A DNA stretch of 33,907 nucleotides, taken from assembly GCA_963977015.1 (NCBI GenBank), contig CAXBMO010000039.1:1-33907 (forward strand). Reading direction: 5' to 3'. Of this stretch, positions 24,721-33,279 are shown in pieces. The stretch is from an uncultured bacterium (GTDB taxonomy: Bacteria > Verrucomicrobiota > Verrucomicrobiia > Verrucomicrobiales > DEV007). Positions within the stretch are counted from its first letter, which is position 1, and each line of letters starts with the position of its first letter. The notes under the pieces were generated by a model. It saw only the letters and a program-made list of their open reading frames with translations. It made no database searches and had not been told where the DNA came from. The position numbers were made by a program, and so were the translations under genes.

Positions 24721-26301
24721 TCAGGGACGATGATTCTTGTAGATTCTGCGAATCTCGACGGCGTCCAGCGCCGTGTTCCAAATCGTCATCTCATCCATTC
24801 GACCGACAAAATTTCGCAGCGGCCGCGGCTTCTCCGGACGTTCCAAGGGCACGCTCCAATTTCCAATATCGCCGGATCCAATGTGCAGCGGAATCGGGGA
24901 AACTCCTTGGTGCCGGGAAACTTCGCGGCCGTTGTAGTAGTGCCGAACTTCGCCGGCCTGCCGATCAAAAGTCGTGCAGACAAAGCTCCAGACGCCCAGC
25001 CGGTTCTGATTGAACAGTCGCGCCGGTGACGCGCCGCCCAGAGTTCGGCCTTTCTTGTTCTCCCTGATCCGCGATCCAAAGCGAAGGTCTCCCGACGGCC
25101 CAATTTGCCAGTGAATGTGGCCAACCTTGTATTCATCCGTCAGCAACAAGGCCTGGTGCCGTGGCGCGAGCGCATCCAGTCGAATCCAGGCCGACATCGT
25201 CAGCGCATCAAACTCACCGGGAACGTCGACCCTGACACGATCGCCGGAACGCCGAAATTCCAGGGCGCCCTTGCCCGGCCACCGCCCGTCCGCCCAATGG
25301 CATCCGACGATGGCTCCGTTTTCGATCTCGCGACTCTCAAAATCATAACGCGCCACGATTCTGGGATCCCCTTGCAGGGACTCATTCCAGCGCAGCCAGC
25401 TTTCGAGCTTCGCGCTGGCGTGATGTTGCGCACGGCTCTTCATTTCTTCGAAGCTGGGATACCGCGTTTCCGTTTCGGAGATCGGGTTCGACTCTCCCGT
25501 GCGCTCAAATTTCAAGGCTTGCCCGCCCAGAAGCGACTGCTTGCGATCGGAAGAATGCAACTCGACTTCGCCGTCGAACACCTTGACCTTCGCCTCGCCG
25601 GTTGCCGCCACATCCATCCCGAATTCGGTGCCCAGATCCACCAACTCAAAGGTCGGCGTCAACACCGAGAACCCGCGAGCCTGGGGCGGAACGCGCGCTC
25701 GAATCCGGCCACTCCGGCAATCGGCTCGATACGCGGTGATCAGTTCCAATTCCGCAGGTCCCTCCACGATCACCTGGGCACCACTGTAGAATTCAATCTG
25801 GACGAGCCCTTCGCTGAATTTCAACGTCCCGGGCAACAGCGAAGCTCCCGCCGCCGGTCGATTGTCGCCTTCCCACTGAACACCGATGGATTGGGCCAAC
25901 TGAGCCACGCTGTCGTCCGTCGAATCAGCGATCGAGGTGTTTTGGGAGCGAATCCCCACATTCCAGAGGACCAAACTGGCGAGCAAAATCAAACCGGCGG
26001 CCACCGCCGCGATTCCCGGAATCTGCCGCTTTCTCCCAAGGGAAGCGGTCAGCCACGAAGGACGCGTTGCTGAGGCGGCAGGCCCCGGCGCGACAAAATC
26101 AACCAGGGCGGCGACGGATTCGCTGCCGCCTTCCTCAATCAGGAGCGACGCGATCAGGGCGTGATCGACGAGCTGCTCCAGGCGATCGCGATTGCCCTTG
26201 GCCAGCTCCTGCAGGCGCAGCCCTTCTTCCTTGGAAAGCGTGTCGTCAATCGCCTGCTGAAGCAGTTGCTGAAACTCTCGGTCGGTGGATTCAGGCATCA
26301 T
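24721..26301 (-). CDS. Anti-sigma factor: N-terminal helical domain, one TM helix, FecR domain and LamG-like C-terminal domain
   Basis: 526 aa. TM segment IAAVAAGLILLASLVLW. FecR motifs SGAQVIVEGPA, VDLGTEFG, VFDGEV. LamG motifs GRWPGKGALEF, SAWIRLD, IGNW, GRMDEMTIWN. Its start directly abuts the sigma gene stop. Confidence 0.88.
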   Translation of the reverse strand: MMPESTDREFQQLLQQAIDDTLSKEEGLRLQELAKGNRDRLEQLVDHALIASLLIEEGGSESVAALVDFVAPGPAASATRPSWLTASLGRKRQIPGIAAVAAGLILLASLVLWNVGIRSQNTSIADSTDDSVAQLAQSIGVQWEGDNRPAAGASLLPGTLKFSEGLVQIEFYSGAQVIVEGPAELELITAYRADCRSGRIRARVPPQARGFSVLTPTFELVDLGTEFGMDVAATGEAKVKVFDGEVELHSSDRKQSLLGGQALKFERTGESNPISETETRYPSFEEMKSRAQHHASAKLESWLRWNESLQGDPRIVARYDFESREIENGAIVGCHWADGRWPGKGALEFRRSGDRVRVDVPGEFDALTMSAWIRLDALAPRHQALLLTDEYKVGHIHWQIGPSGDLRFGSRIRENKKGRTLGGASPARLFNQNRLGVWSFVCTTFDRQAGEVRHYYNGREVSRHQGVSPIPLHIGSGDIGNWSVPLERPEKPRPLRNFVGRMDEMTIWNTALDAVEIRRIYKNHRP

Positions 26302-26832
26302 TCAGGTGGTTGGAGCTTCGGCGATTCGTTGCTCGATGCACGAACGCAACGCCGTGCGGATGCGGTAGAGCGTTTGCTTGATCGAGCCGGCGGGACGCTC
26401 GGTGGTTTCGGCAACCTGATCGATCGATTGCCCCTCAAAATAGCGCAGATCGAGAAGTCGGCGCTGGGTCGTCGGCAATTGCCGCAAACATTGGTCCAAG
26501 GCGCCGCGCCGATGGTCAATCTCCGCAAAGCGATCTTCGGCCACATCCGCCAGTTCCGCCAAAAACGCGTCATCAAAGACAAAACGTTCCCGTCCGTATT
26601 TGCGCAGCTGATTCAGCACCTTGAACCGGGCGATCTGGCTCGCCCACGCCCAAAAACTGGACCCCAGCTTGAATTGATCCGCCTTCTCCCAGAGAACCAG
26701 ATTCACCTCCTGCACGAGGTCCTCGACATCTTCCGCTCTGACGAGGAGACAACGCACAAACCCGCGCAACTGGCTCTGGTGCTGCGCAATCAGCTGAACG
26801 ATCTCAGCCTGGTGCTTGGAGGAGGAATCCAT
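26302..26832 (-). CDS. ECF RNA polymerase sigma-70 factor (Rhodopirellula/Verrucomicrobium type)
   Basis: 176 aa. Region 2: EDLVQEVNLVLWEK, FWAWASQIARFKV. Region 4: LDQCLRQL...LRYFEGQSIDQVAE...LYRIRTALRSCIE. Confidence 0.92.
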   Translation of the reverse strand: MDSSSKHQAEIVQLIAQHQSQLRGFVRCLLVRAEDVEDLVQEVNLVLWEKADQFKLGSSFWAWASQIARFKVLNQLRKYGRERFVFDDAFLAELADVAEDRFAEIDHRRGALDQCLRQLPTTQRRLLDLRYFEGQSIDQVAETTERPAGSIKQTLYRIRTALRSCIEQRIAEAPTT

Positions 26833-26888
26833 GGTTTTTCACAAAACCAATGTCTGCTCCCGCCATTTGGTCAACAGATCAGGGCCTT

Positions 26889-27590
26889 TTACGGCTCCAG
26901 CTCTTCCAGTTCCTCCGGAAACGGTGGCGGCAAATGCTTCCCTCGATTCACGGCCACGTAACCGATCATGAACAGGAATCCGGCGACCATTCCCGCGAGG
27001 TGACCCGAATGGGAAATTCCCCCGAGACTCCGGCCCGTCGTCATGGAATGCACCATCAGCCCCAACGAAATCGCGGCAAACAACGCCGTGAAAATTCGTG
27101 ACGGAATGAAGATGGGAATAAACAACAGCCCCATCCGCGATTCGGGAAACAACCAGGCAAAGGCGATCAACAACCCGCAAATCGCGCCCGATGCGCCGAG
27201 CGAGGGATTGGCGACCGTATCAAAGAACGCCCCGAGAAATCCCCCCACGATCGCGCAGAATAAGTAGAGGCCGAGAAATGGCAGGGAACCCATTCGCCTC
27301 TCCAGCGAAGGACCGAAAAAGAAGAGGCAGAGCATGTTCAGGAAAATGTGATAGAGCCCGACCGGATCGTGGGCAAAGGACGAGCCCAAGGGTTGGAGCG
27401 GATGAAATTTGGGCGTGCCCGGGGGCATTTGGTATTTGTGAAGCCCGAGCGTGTCCACCTTCTGCAACCGCATGTACTTCTCCTGCACCTCGGTCCATTG
27501 CTCATTGTCGGTGATGAAGACCGCCGCGAGATGGATGGCTATGTTAATAACCATAAGGCCAAGTACGACAGGAGTGATGGACCGTGACAT
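26889..27590 (-). CDS. Rhomboid family intramembrane serine protease
   Basis: 233 aa, multiple TM helices. Motifs HIFLNM, catalytic GASG and SHSGHLAG. Confidence 0.9.
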   Translation of the reverse strand: MSRSITPVVLGLMVINIAIHLAAVFITDNEQWTEVQEKYMRLQKVDTLGLHKYQMPPGTPKFHPLQPLGSSFAHDPVGLYHIFLNMLCLFFFGPSLERRMGSLPFLGLYLFCAIVGGFLGAFFDTVANPSLGASGAICGLLIAFAWLFPESRMGLLFIPIFIPSRIFTALFAAISLGLMVHSMTTGRSLGGISHSGHLAGMVAGFLFMIGYVAVNRGKHLPPPFPEELEELEP

Positions 27591-27789
27591 AGCTCAGTCT
27601 GGGAGGTCAGGCGAAAAGATCAACTAGCAAAAAGGAGGAACAACTTGCGCGTCCGCCATCATTTTCAGACGCTGCCGAGGTTCTCGGGTTGGATTCAAAG
27701 CCTTACCTTCCCGCGAATCCGAACTTGAGGATCTGCCGATCTCATCGACACTGAAGGCTTTTACCTTCGCAACCACGAATCCCTCAATC

Positions 27790-29052
27790 ATGCAGTTCGG
27801 CGACCTTCGAGGAATCCTCAATTACGTGCCCCAGTTTCGCGGCGAGACGTTCGTCCTGGCTGCGGAGGGCGAGGTGATTGCGTCCGGGCAGCAACGGACG
27901 CTTCTGCAGGATATCGCGGTGATGCATTCCCTGAACATGAGGGTCATTCTCGTTCATGGAGTCGGGAAGCAGCTGCTGGACGCGGCTGCCAACGCGGGAA
28001 TCGAAATCTCGAATCACGACGGGACCGGTCGAACCGACGCCGCCACCCTGGATTTGGGCGTGCAAACCATCTCCCGTCTCAACCTTGAGTTGCTGCATCG
28101 CCTTCGGGCCGTCGGACTCAAGGGCGTTTCCGGAAGTTTCGTCGAGGCGAATGCCGCCGGCGTCCTGGGCGGGAAGGAATTGGAGCATACCGGCCGCGTT
28201 TCCCACATCGATCAACCCTTGCTGGAGTCCCTGCTCGCCAATGACTTGATCCCTCTCGTTTCTCCCCTGGCCCGCGATGCCAAAGGCCGCATGTATCGGA
28301 TGAACTCCGATCAGATCGCCGCGCAGATCGCGATCGCGGTGGGTGCCTGCAAGCTCATCTTCCTGGGTTCACGTCCCGTTGCCGAAATGCTGCAAACCGA
28401 TCAACGCGAGTTTACGGTGGATGGCGCGTTGGCCCATGCCGAGGGGCTCGATCACCTGAACAAGGCGAGAATGAAGGAAGGAGCCAAGGCCTGCCGCAAT
28501 GGAGTGCCCCGCGTCCACTTTCTCAACGGGGTCGACGATAGCGCGCTGCTCCGCGAGTTGTTCGACAACGATGGCGTTGGAGCCATGATCTACGCGGATG
28601 TCTATCGCAAGATTCGGCCGATGGAGAAGTCGGACGTGACTGTCTTGATCAGCATGATGCGCGATTCCATCGATGACGAAGCGGTTCTGAATCGATCGAC
28701 CGAAACCGTCCTCAACGATTTGGAACGCTTTTCGGTCCTGGTCGTCGATGGCAACCTGGTTGGCGCCGCCGCGCTTTATCCTGACGAACCTTCCGGTTCT
28801 GCGGAAATCGCGTCGTTGTTCGTGCAATCCGGCCAGCGCAAAAAAGGTTACGGCGCGCGATTGATCGAACACCTGGAAGACCGGGCGCGGGAGCTCGGTT
28901 GTCAGAAAGTCTACGCGCTCACCACCCAGGCCGCGGGGTTCTTCTCCCGCGATCCGTATCAGCAAGGCAGTCTTGACGACATCCCGAAAGCGCGTCAGGA
29001 AAAGGCCAAGGCGAGTGGCCGGAATTCCTACGTATTTTATCGCAACCTATGA
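27790..29052 (+). CDS. argA: Amino-acid N-acetyltransferase (N-acetylglutamate synthase), AAK plus GNAT domains
   Basis: 420 aa. Motifs YVPQFRGETFVL, ILVHG, EHTGRV, GVPRVHFL, LLRELFDNDGVGAMIY. GNAT domain has GAAALYP, QRKKGYGARL and YALTTQA. Confidence 0.88.
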   Translation: MQFGDLRGILNYVPQFRGETFVLAAEGEVIASGQQRTLLQDIAVMHSLNMRVILVHGVGKQLLDAAANAGIEISNHDGTGRTDAATLDLGVQTISRLNLELLHRLRAVGLKGVSGSFVEANAAGVLGGKELEHTGRVSHIDQPLLESLLANDLIPLVSPLARDAKGRMYRMNSDQIAAQIAIAVGACKLIFLGSRPVAEMLQTDQREFTVDGALAHAEGLDHLNKARMKEGAKACRNGVPRVHFLNGVDDSALLRELFDNDGVGAMIYADVYRKIRPMEKSDVTVLISMMRDSIDDEAVLNRSTETVLNDLERFSVLVVDGNLVGAAALYPDEPSGSAEIASLFVQSGQRKKGYGARLIEHLEDRARELGCQKVYALTTQAAGFFSRDPYQQGSLDDIPKARQEKAKASGRNSYVFYRNL

Positions 29053-30356
29053 ACGAGTTTTCTTCAGAAGCGGAACACCGCGCCTGGCTTCACGCCCAAT
29101 CGCAACTTCCCCAGGGGTTTCGCGTCGGCACCCGGAAATTCGAATTCAAGTCCGTCGAACTCCGGAAGCCCGCCTCGATGACGCTCACCGTGATCGCGCT
29201 CGACGAAGCAACGGACACCTTTTCCTGCCTGTTCACGAGCAACGCGTTTCCCGGCGCCCCCATCACCGTCGGTCGCGAAGTTGCCGCGTCCGGAAAGATC
29301 GGCGCGATCCTCGTAAACAACAAGATTTCCAACGTTTGCGCGCCTCAAGGCGTGGAAGACTGCCGTGCAACCTGTGAAAAGCTCGCGGAGTTGCTCAACC
29401 AGGACGCGACCGAAATCCTCCCCGGCTCAACCGGCGTGATTGGTTGGAAATTGCCGGTTCCGGCGATGATCGAGCAGCTGCCCGCAGCCGTGGCCAACCT
29501 TCAGGCAGACTCGATCTATCCGGCAGCCGAAGGCATCGTCACCACCGACCTCTACCCGAAAGTCCGGTCGCAACAGGTTGGAGACGCGAGGATTGTCGGC
29601 ATCGCCAAGGGCGCGGGAATGATCGAGCCGAACCTGGCGACCATGTTGGTCTACATCTTCACCGACGCCAAGATCGAAAAGGACGAGCTCGACGCCATGT
29701 TCCGGACCGCGGTCCAATCCAGCTTCAACCGCATCACCATCGATAGCGACCAAAGCACCTCCGACATCGCAGCGGTGCTTTCGAGCAAGAAGGTCGCCGT
29801 TCCGGACGCTAACGCGTTTCAAACCGCGCTCACCCAGGTTTGTCACGACCTGGCCCTCGATCTGGTTCGCAACGGAGAAGGCGTCAAGCACGTCGTCCAG
29901 GTTTCCGTGGCGGGAGCTCCGTCCAGGGAAGCCGCGCATCGGCTCGGCAAAGACGTCGCCAACTCGCCACTCGTGCAAACCGCCATTTGCGGCAACGATC
30001 CCAACATCGGTCGCCTGCTCATGGCGCTCGGCAAGAACATGGCCACGGCCTGTCCAGGCTACGATGTCACCCAATGCCACCTCCAGATCGGCGGTCGCAC
30101 CGTTTTCGAGAACGGAGCGTGTGTCGTGAACGATGCGCTGGAAACCGAACTCAGCGACTATCTCAAGAACGCCCAGCTCTACGAAACCCAGGCTCCCGAC
30201 GCAGACGGAAAATTTCATCCGCCCGTCACCTGGCCGACTCACGAGCGTTTGGTCGAGATTGATGTCCGGCTGGGCGTTGGCGAGGGATCCGCGACGGTTT
30301 GGGGCAGCGACCGCACCCACGAATACATCACCGAGAACGCGGACTATCGTTCCTGA
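29049..30356 (+). CDS. argJ: Ornithine acetyltransferase / glutamate N-acetyltransferase
   Basis: 435 aa, ATGA overlap with argA. Motifs STGVIG, TTD.YPK, autocleavage motif KGAGMIEPNLATML, NGEG, SPLV, DPNIGR, YITENADYRS. Confidence 0.92.
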   Translation: MNEFSSEAEHRAWLHAQSQLPQGFRVGTRKFEFKSVELRKPASMTLTVIALDEATDTFSCLFTSNAFPGAPITVGREVAASGKIGAILVNNKISNVCAPQGVEDCRATCEKLAELLNQDATEILPGSTGVIGWKLPVPAMIEQLPAAVANLQADSIYPAAEGIVTTDLYPKVRSQQVGDARIVGIAKGAGMIEPNLATMLVYIFTDAKIEKDELDAMFRTAVQSSFNRITIDSDQSTSDIAAVLSSKKVAVPDANAFQTALTQVCHDLALDLVRNGEGVKHVVQVSVAGAPSREAAHRLGKDVANSPLVQTAICGNDPNIGRLLMALGKNMATACPGYDVTQCHLQIGGRTVFENGACVVNDALETELSDYLKNAQLYETQAPDADGKFHPPVTWPTHERLVEIDVRLGVGEGSATVWGSDRTHEYITENADYRS

Positions 30357-30406
30357 CAGATTCGCCTCGCCGGAGATGGCGACACTGGTAATGCGTCGGT
30401 CGTTGG

Positions 30407-31168
30407 CTACTTTCCAACCACCAGGACGTCGGCCTTGACGAAAACCAGCACCTTGCGGCTCCGATCCGCCTCGCCCGTTTCCGCATCCGGCGGAGAGGTC
30501 GTCCCCAGCAGGAGATACTCGCCCGCGCGCACGGTCACCGACATGATCACCCGCATGGAATAAAATGCCGGGATGGCGACTTCGACGGTCTCCTCGCCGC
30601 GCCGCGTTTCGTGGACCGTGTCTCCGGTGTAATAGACGATCTCAGGATTGAGGTTTATATCGATGGTCTTCCCATCAGCCCCCAGCACCGGATCCACCTC
30701 CACGGTCGTGCCCACATTTCGCGTTTCAAACGCACTGGGAATCGGAGCCCCGATCGCCAGAAAATCCGCCTCGTCCCCGTCTTCGGCTTCGTCCTCACGG
30801 CTTTCTTCAGCCTCATCCTCAGCGGCTTCCCAACCCGGGGCCTTGAACTCCGTCGGATAAACCATTTCCCGAATTGACTCTGCTTTGGCGCGTTGTCCGC
30901 TCCGCGCCAAAATCACCGCCGTCTCCAGCAACGTCGCCTCCCCGGACTCGATCATCTTCCCGAGAGAATCGCGAAGTGCCCCATCGTTGGACGACCTCGC
31001 CCCGGATTCATCGCCGTCACCGTGGCTCGCCATCAACGCGCCCAACTCCGCCTGCTTCAACTCGATCCACTCAACCTGGATTCGCAACTGCCTGGGCAGG
31101 TCCTGAGCCGAAACCAACGGGACCAGATTCAACCAACCAAACAACGCAATAATCAGGGGAATTCTCAT
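30407..31168 (-). CDS. Short secretin-domain-like exported protein (253 aa)
   Basis: The 3' part of track ORF 30407..32182. ATG 31168 gives a signal peptide (MRIPLIIALFGWLNLVPLVSA). Secretin-like motifs: QLRIQVEWIE, ARSGQRAK, YPTEF, FETRNVGTTVEVDP, IDINLNPEIV, P.F..., SVTVRAG..LLLG, LVFVKA. Confidence 0.7.
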   Translation of the reverse strand: MRIPLIIALFGWLNLVPLVSAQDLPRQLRIQVEWIELKQAELGALMASHGDGDESGARSSNDGALRDSLGKMIESGEATLLETAVILARSGQRAKAESIREMVYPTEFKAPGWEAAEDEAEESREDEAEDGDEADFLAIGAPIPSAFETRNVGTTVEVDPVLGADGKTIDINLNPEIVYYTGDTVHETRRGEETVEVAIPAFYSMRVIMSVTVRAGEYLLLGTTSPPDAETGEADRSRKVLVFVKADVLVVGK

Positions 31169-31246
31169 GACGTCGCAGTATCCAAATTGCGTGAAGAAAA
31201 GACAAGCCTTCATTGCCGACACGTCTTCTTGCGTCCAATAAGCACT

Positions 31247-32323
31247 GTGAGTATCCCCCTGATCTTTGACGCCCATCTCGACCTCAGCCTCAACGCGATC
31301 GAGTGGAACCGCGATTTGCGCCAACCCGTCCGCGAAATTCGATCGCTCGAACGCGATGGGACCGACCTCAAAGGCCGTGGCGCCAACACCGTCGCGTTTC
31401 CGGAAATGAAAGCGGGCGGGGTCGGCCTGTGCGTCGCCACCCAGATTGCCGGTTGCATGAAACCCAAAGCCTCGGTCGCGACCTGGGAATCCCCACCCCA
31501 AGCCTGGGCCATGACCCAGGCCCAGCTCGCCTGGTATCGCGCCATGGAGGAGGAAGGCCAACTTCGCCAAATCCGCGACCTCGCAGAGCTCGACCACCAC
31601 CTCGAAACCTGGGAGAACGACGCCGAAACGTGCCCCATCGGTTACATCCTCAGTCTCGAAGGCGCCGACTCCATCCTCACACCTCACCATCTCGAACGCG
31701 CCTGGGAAACCGGCTTGCGCGCCATGGGCCCGGCCCATTACGGCATCGGTCGCTACGCCCTGGGACACGATCAGGACGGTCCGCTCTCCGATCTCGGGCG
31801 CGATCTCATCCGCGAAATGGACCGGCTTGGGATGATCCTCGACGTCACCCATCTCTGCGACCGCACCTTCTGGGATGCGCTCGAACTCTTCGACGGTCCC
31901 GTCTGGGCCAGCCACAGCAACTGCCGCGCCCTCGTCGACAACCCCCGCCAATTCAGCGACGAACAACTCCGCGCCCTCATCGAACGCGGAGCCGTCATCG
32001 GAGCCGCCCTCGACACGTGGATGATCGTTCCCGACTGGATTCGCGGTGACTCCACGCCCGAAAACACCGGCGTTCGCCTCTCCCACCTCATCGATCACAT
32101 GGACCACATTTGCCAACTCGCCGGCAACGCCCGCCACATCGGCATCGGCTCGGATCTCGACGGTGGCTTCGGCAAGGAGCAATCGCCCCTCGATCTCGAC
32201 ACCATCGCCGACCTCCCCAACATCCGCACGCTCCTCCTCGAACGCGGCTACAGCGCCAACGATGCCGACGGCGTCATGAGCGGAAACTTTCTTCGGTTTC
32301 TGCGCACCGCGTGGCGTCCCTGA
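31247..32323 (+). CDS. Membrane dipeptidase (peptidase M19, amidohydrolase fold)
   Basis: In-frame GTG 31247 lies just before IFDAHLD. Other motifs LSLEGAD, DVTHL, ASHSN, HIGIGSDLDGG. The upstream extension to 30893 overlaps the divergent gene and is unlikely. Confidence 0.9.
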   Translation: MSIPLIFDAHLDLSLNAIEWNRDLRQPVREIRSLERDGTDLKGRGANTVAFPEMKAGGVGLCVATQIAGCMKPKASVATWESPPQAWAMTQAQLAWYRAMEEEGQLRQIRDLAELDHHLETWENDAETCPIGYILSLEGADSILTPHHLERAWETGLRAMGPAHYGIGRYALGHDQDGPLSDLGRDLIREMDRLGMILDVTHLCDRTFWDALELFDGPVWASHSNCRALVDNPRQFSDEQLRALIERGAVIGAALDTWMIVPDWIRGDSTPENTGVRLSHLIDHMDHICQLAGNARHIGIGSDLDGGFGKEQSPLDLDTIADLPNIRTLLLERGYSANDADGVMSGNFLRFLRTAWRP

Positions 32324-32348
32324 ATCTTGTCATTCACCACAATCCTTC

Positions 32349-32777
32349 GTGATGCGCCAAGCGGCCAGAAGACTGCGGCATCAATTCCCGAGCCTTTGTC
32401 TGGGGGGCTGGATTGCGTTTTGGGCCATCATCCCGCTGTGGTTGGGCTCGGCCATACGCCCCTCAAGCCTCCTTATCATCCTGGAAGGTGGCGCCATGGT
32501 TGAATTTCACCTTTGGGATGGCGCGTTCGGTTTTGAATCCTGGCTCTTCAACATCACCGCCGATCTTCCGGGCCAGGACTTCCGCGCCTGGCACATCTCA
32601 CCCACCGTTCATGAATCCACCGCCTTTACGGCAGACTTCCGCTCAGCCTGGGGATTGGATTCTGCCGTGGATCGCGATGAAAGGAGTATCTGGATTGCCT
32701 GGTGGCTCGCATTCGCGGTGGTTTGGCTGGGTGTTAGCCTCGTCGGATTCATCGTCCAGCTAACAGCTAACAGCTAA
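32349..32777 (+). CDS. Hypothetical small membrane protein
   Basis: 142 aa filling the gap, with two hydrophobic Trp-rich segments (LCLGGWIAFWAIIPLWLG; IWIAWWLAFAVVWLGVSLVGFIV). The stop codon lies within the heptamer repeat. No family recognised. Confidence 0.5.
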   Translation: MMRQAARRLRHQFPSLCLGGWIAFWAIIPLWLGSAIRPSSLLIILEGGAMVEFHLWDGAFGFESWLFNITADLPGQDFRAWHISPTVHESTAFTADFRSAWGLDSAVDRDERSIWIAWWLAFAVVWLGVSLVGFIVQLTANS

Positions 32778-32790
32778 CAGCTAACAGCTA
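32757..32790. repeat. 7-bp tandem repeat (CAGCTAA)x4 plus CAGCTA
   Basis: Units start at 32757, 32764, 32771 and 32778, with a partial unit at 32785. Confidence 0.95.
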
Positions 32791-33201
32791 CGCAAAGGCA
32801 CCAAGGCGCAGTTGGTAGACCATTTCCCAAAGCAAATCCGACTCTCCATTTTTGATGAGTGCCAGGGGCGTCATCTTCCGAAACGCCGGGTTGGGCTTCT
32901 CGAGCCAACCTTTGAGTTCCTTCACATCACCTGCCAATTCTTGAAGCGCATGGATGAGGCGCACTGTTTCTCGAACCGGACGCTCCATGCTCGTGGGCAG
33001 TGGGTCTGCTTTCTCACAAGTCGCCAGCGTGCGCTCTGAGCAATTGGCCATCTCGGCAAAAAGCTTCCGGGTAATTCCCCGGTCTTTCCGCCATTTCATC
33101 AAGGCCGGGCCGCTCTTAATCCCTCTCTCCACCGCACCCGCATCTCGTCGGACCGCTCGATACTTGCTCGGTGCTTCTTGGACGTTGCTGTTTCGGTTCA
33201 T
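32788..33201 (-). CDS. Xre/MbcA/ParS-family antitoxin (Xre HTH plus DUF2384-like toxin-binding C-terminus)
   Basis: 137 aa. HTH segment WRKDRGITRKLFAEMANCSERTLATCE. C-terminal WLEKPNPAF...TPLALIKNG...LRLGAFA. Adjacent to the RES gene. Confidence 0.85.
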   Translation of the reverse strand: MNRNSNVQEAPSKYRAVRRDAGAVERGIKSGPALMKWRKDRGITRKLFAEMANCSERTLATCEKADPLPTSMERPVRETVRLIHALQELAGDVKELKGWLEKPNPAFRKMTPLALIKNGESDLLWEMVYQLRLGAFA

Positions 33202-33221
33202 GGCGTTGGGGGTAGTTCAGT

Positions 33222-33276
33222 TGGTAAAGTGTATTACCATTTCATTCACTTTCAACCATTTTCTGCAATTTTGCAG
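33222..33276 (-). promoter_or_regulatory. Candidate sigma-70 promoter and operator palindromes upstream of the antitoxin
   Basis: On the minus strand: TTGAAA (33250-33255), 16-bp spacer, TACACT (33228-33233). TGGTAA-N6-TTACCA (33222-33239) brackets the -10 element. A second inverted repeat, CTGCAA-TT-TTGCAG, lies at 33263-33276. Confidence 0.55.
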
Positions 33277-33279
33277 GTT

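Noticed and set aside
14028-26961. Long plus-strand ORFs (14028-15260, 18637-20289, 22837-23901, 24040-25029, 25105-26073, 26161-26961)
   Set aside because: These are antisense shadows of motif-bearing minus-strand genes with no recognisable domains.
27591-27789. ARG boxes, a leader peptide or a riboswitch upstream of argA
   Set aside because: There is no recognisable ArgR box pair or Arg-rich leader on the plus strand, only short inverted repeats compatible with chance.
30407-32182. 591-aa minus-strand ORF as a single gene
   Set aside because: Its 5' part is the antisense of the dipeptidase; only the portion from ATG 31168 has a signal peptide and recognisable motifs.
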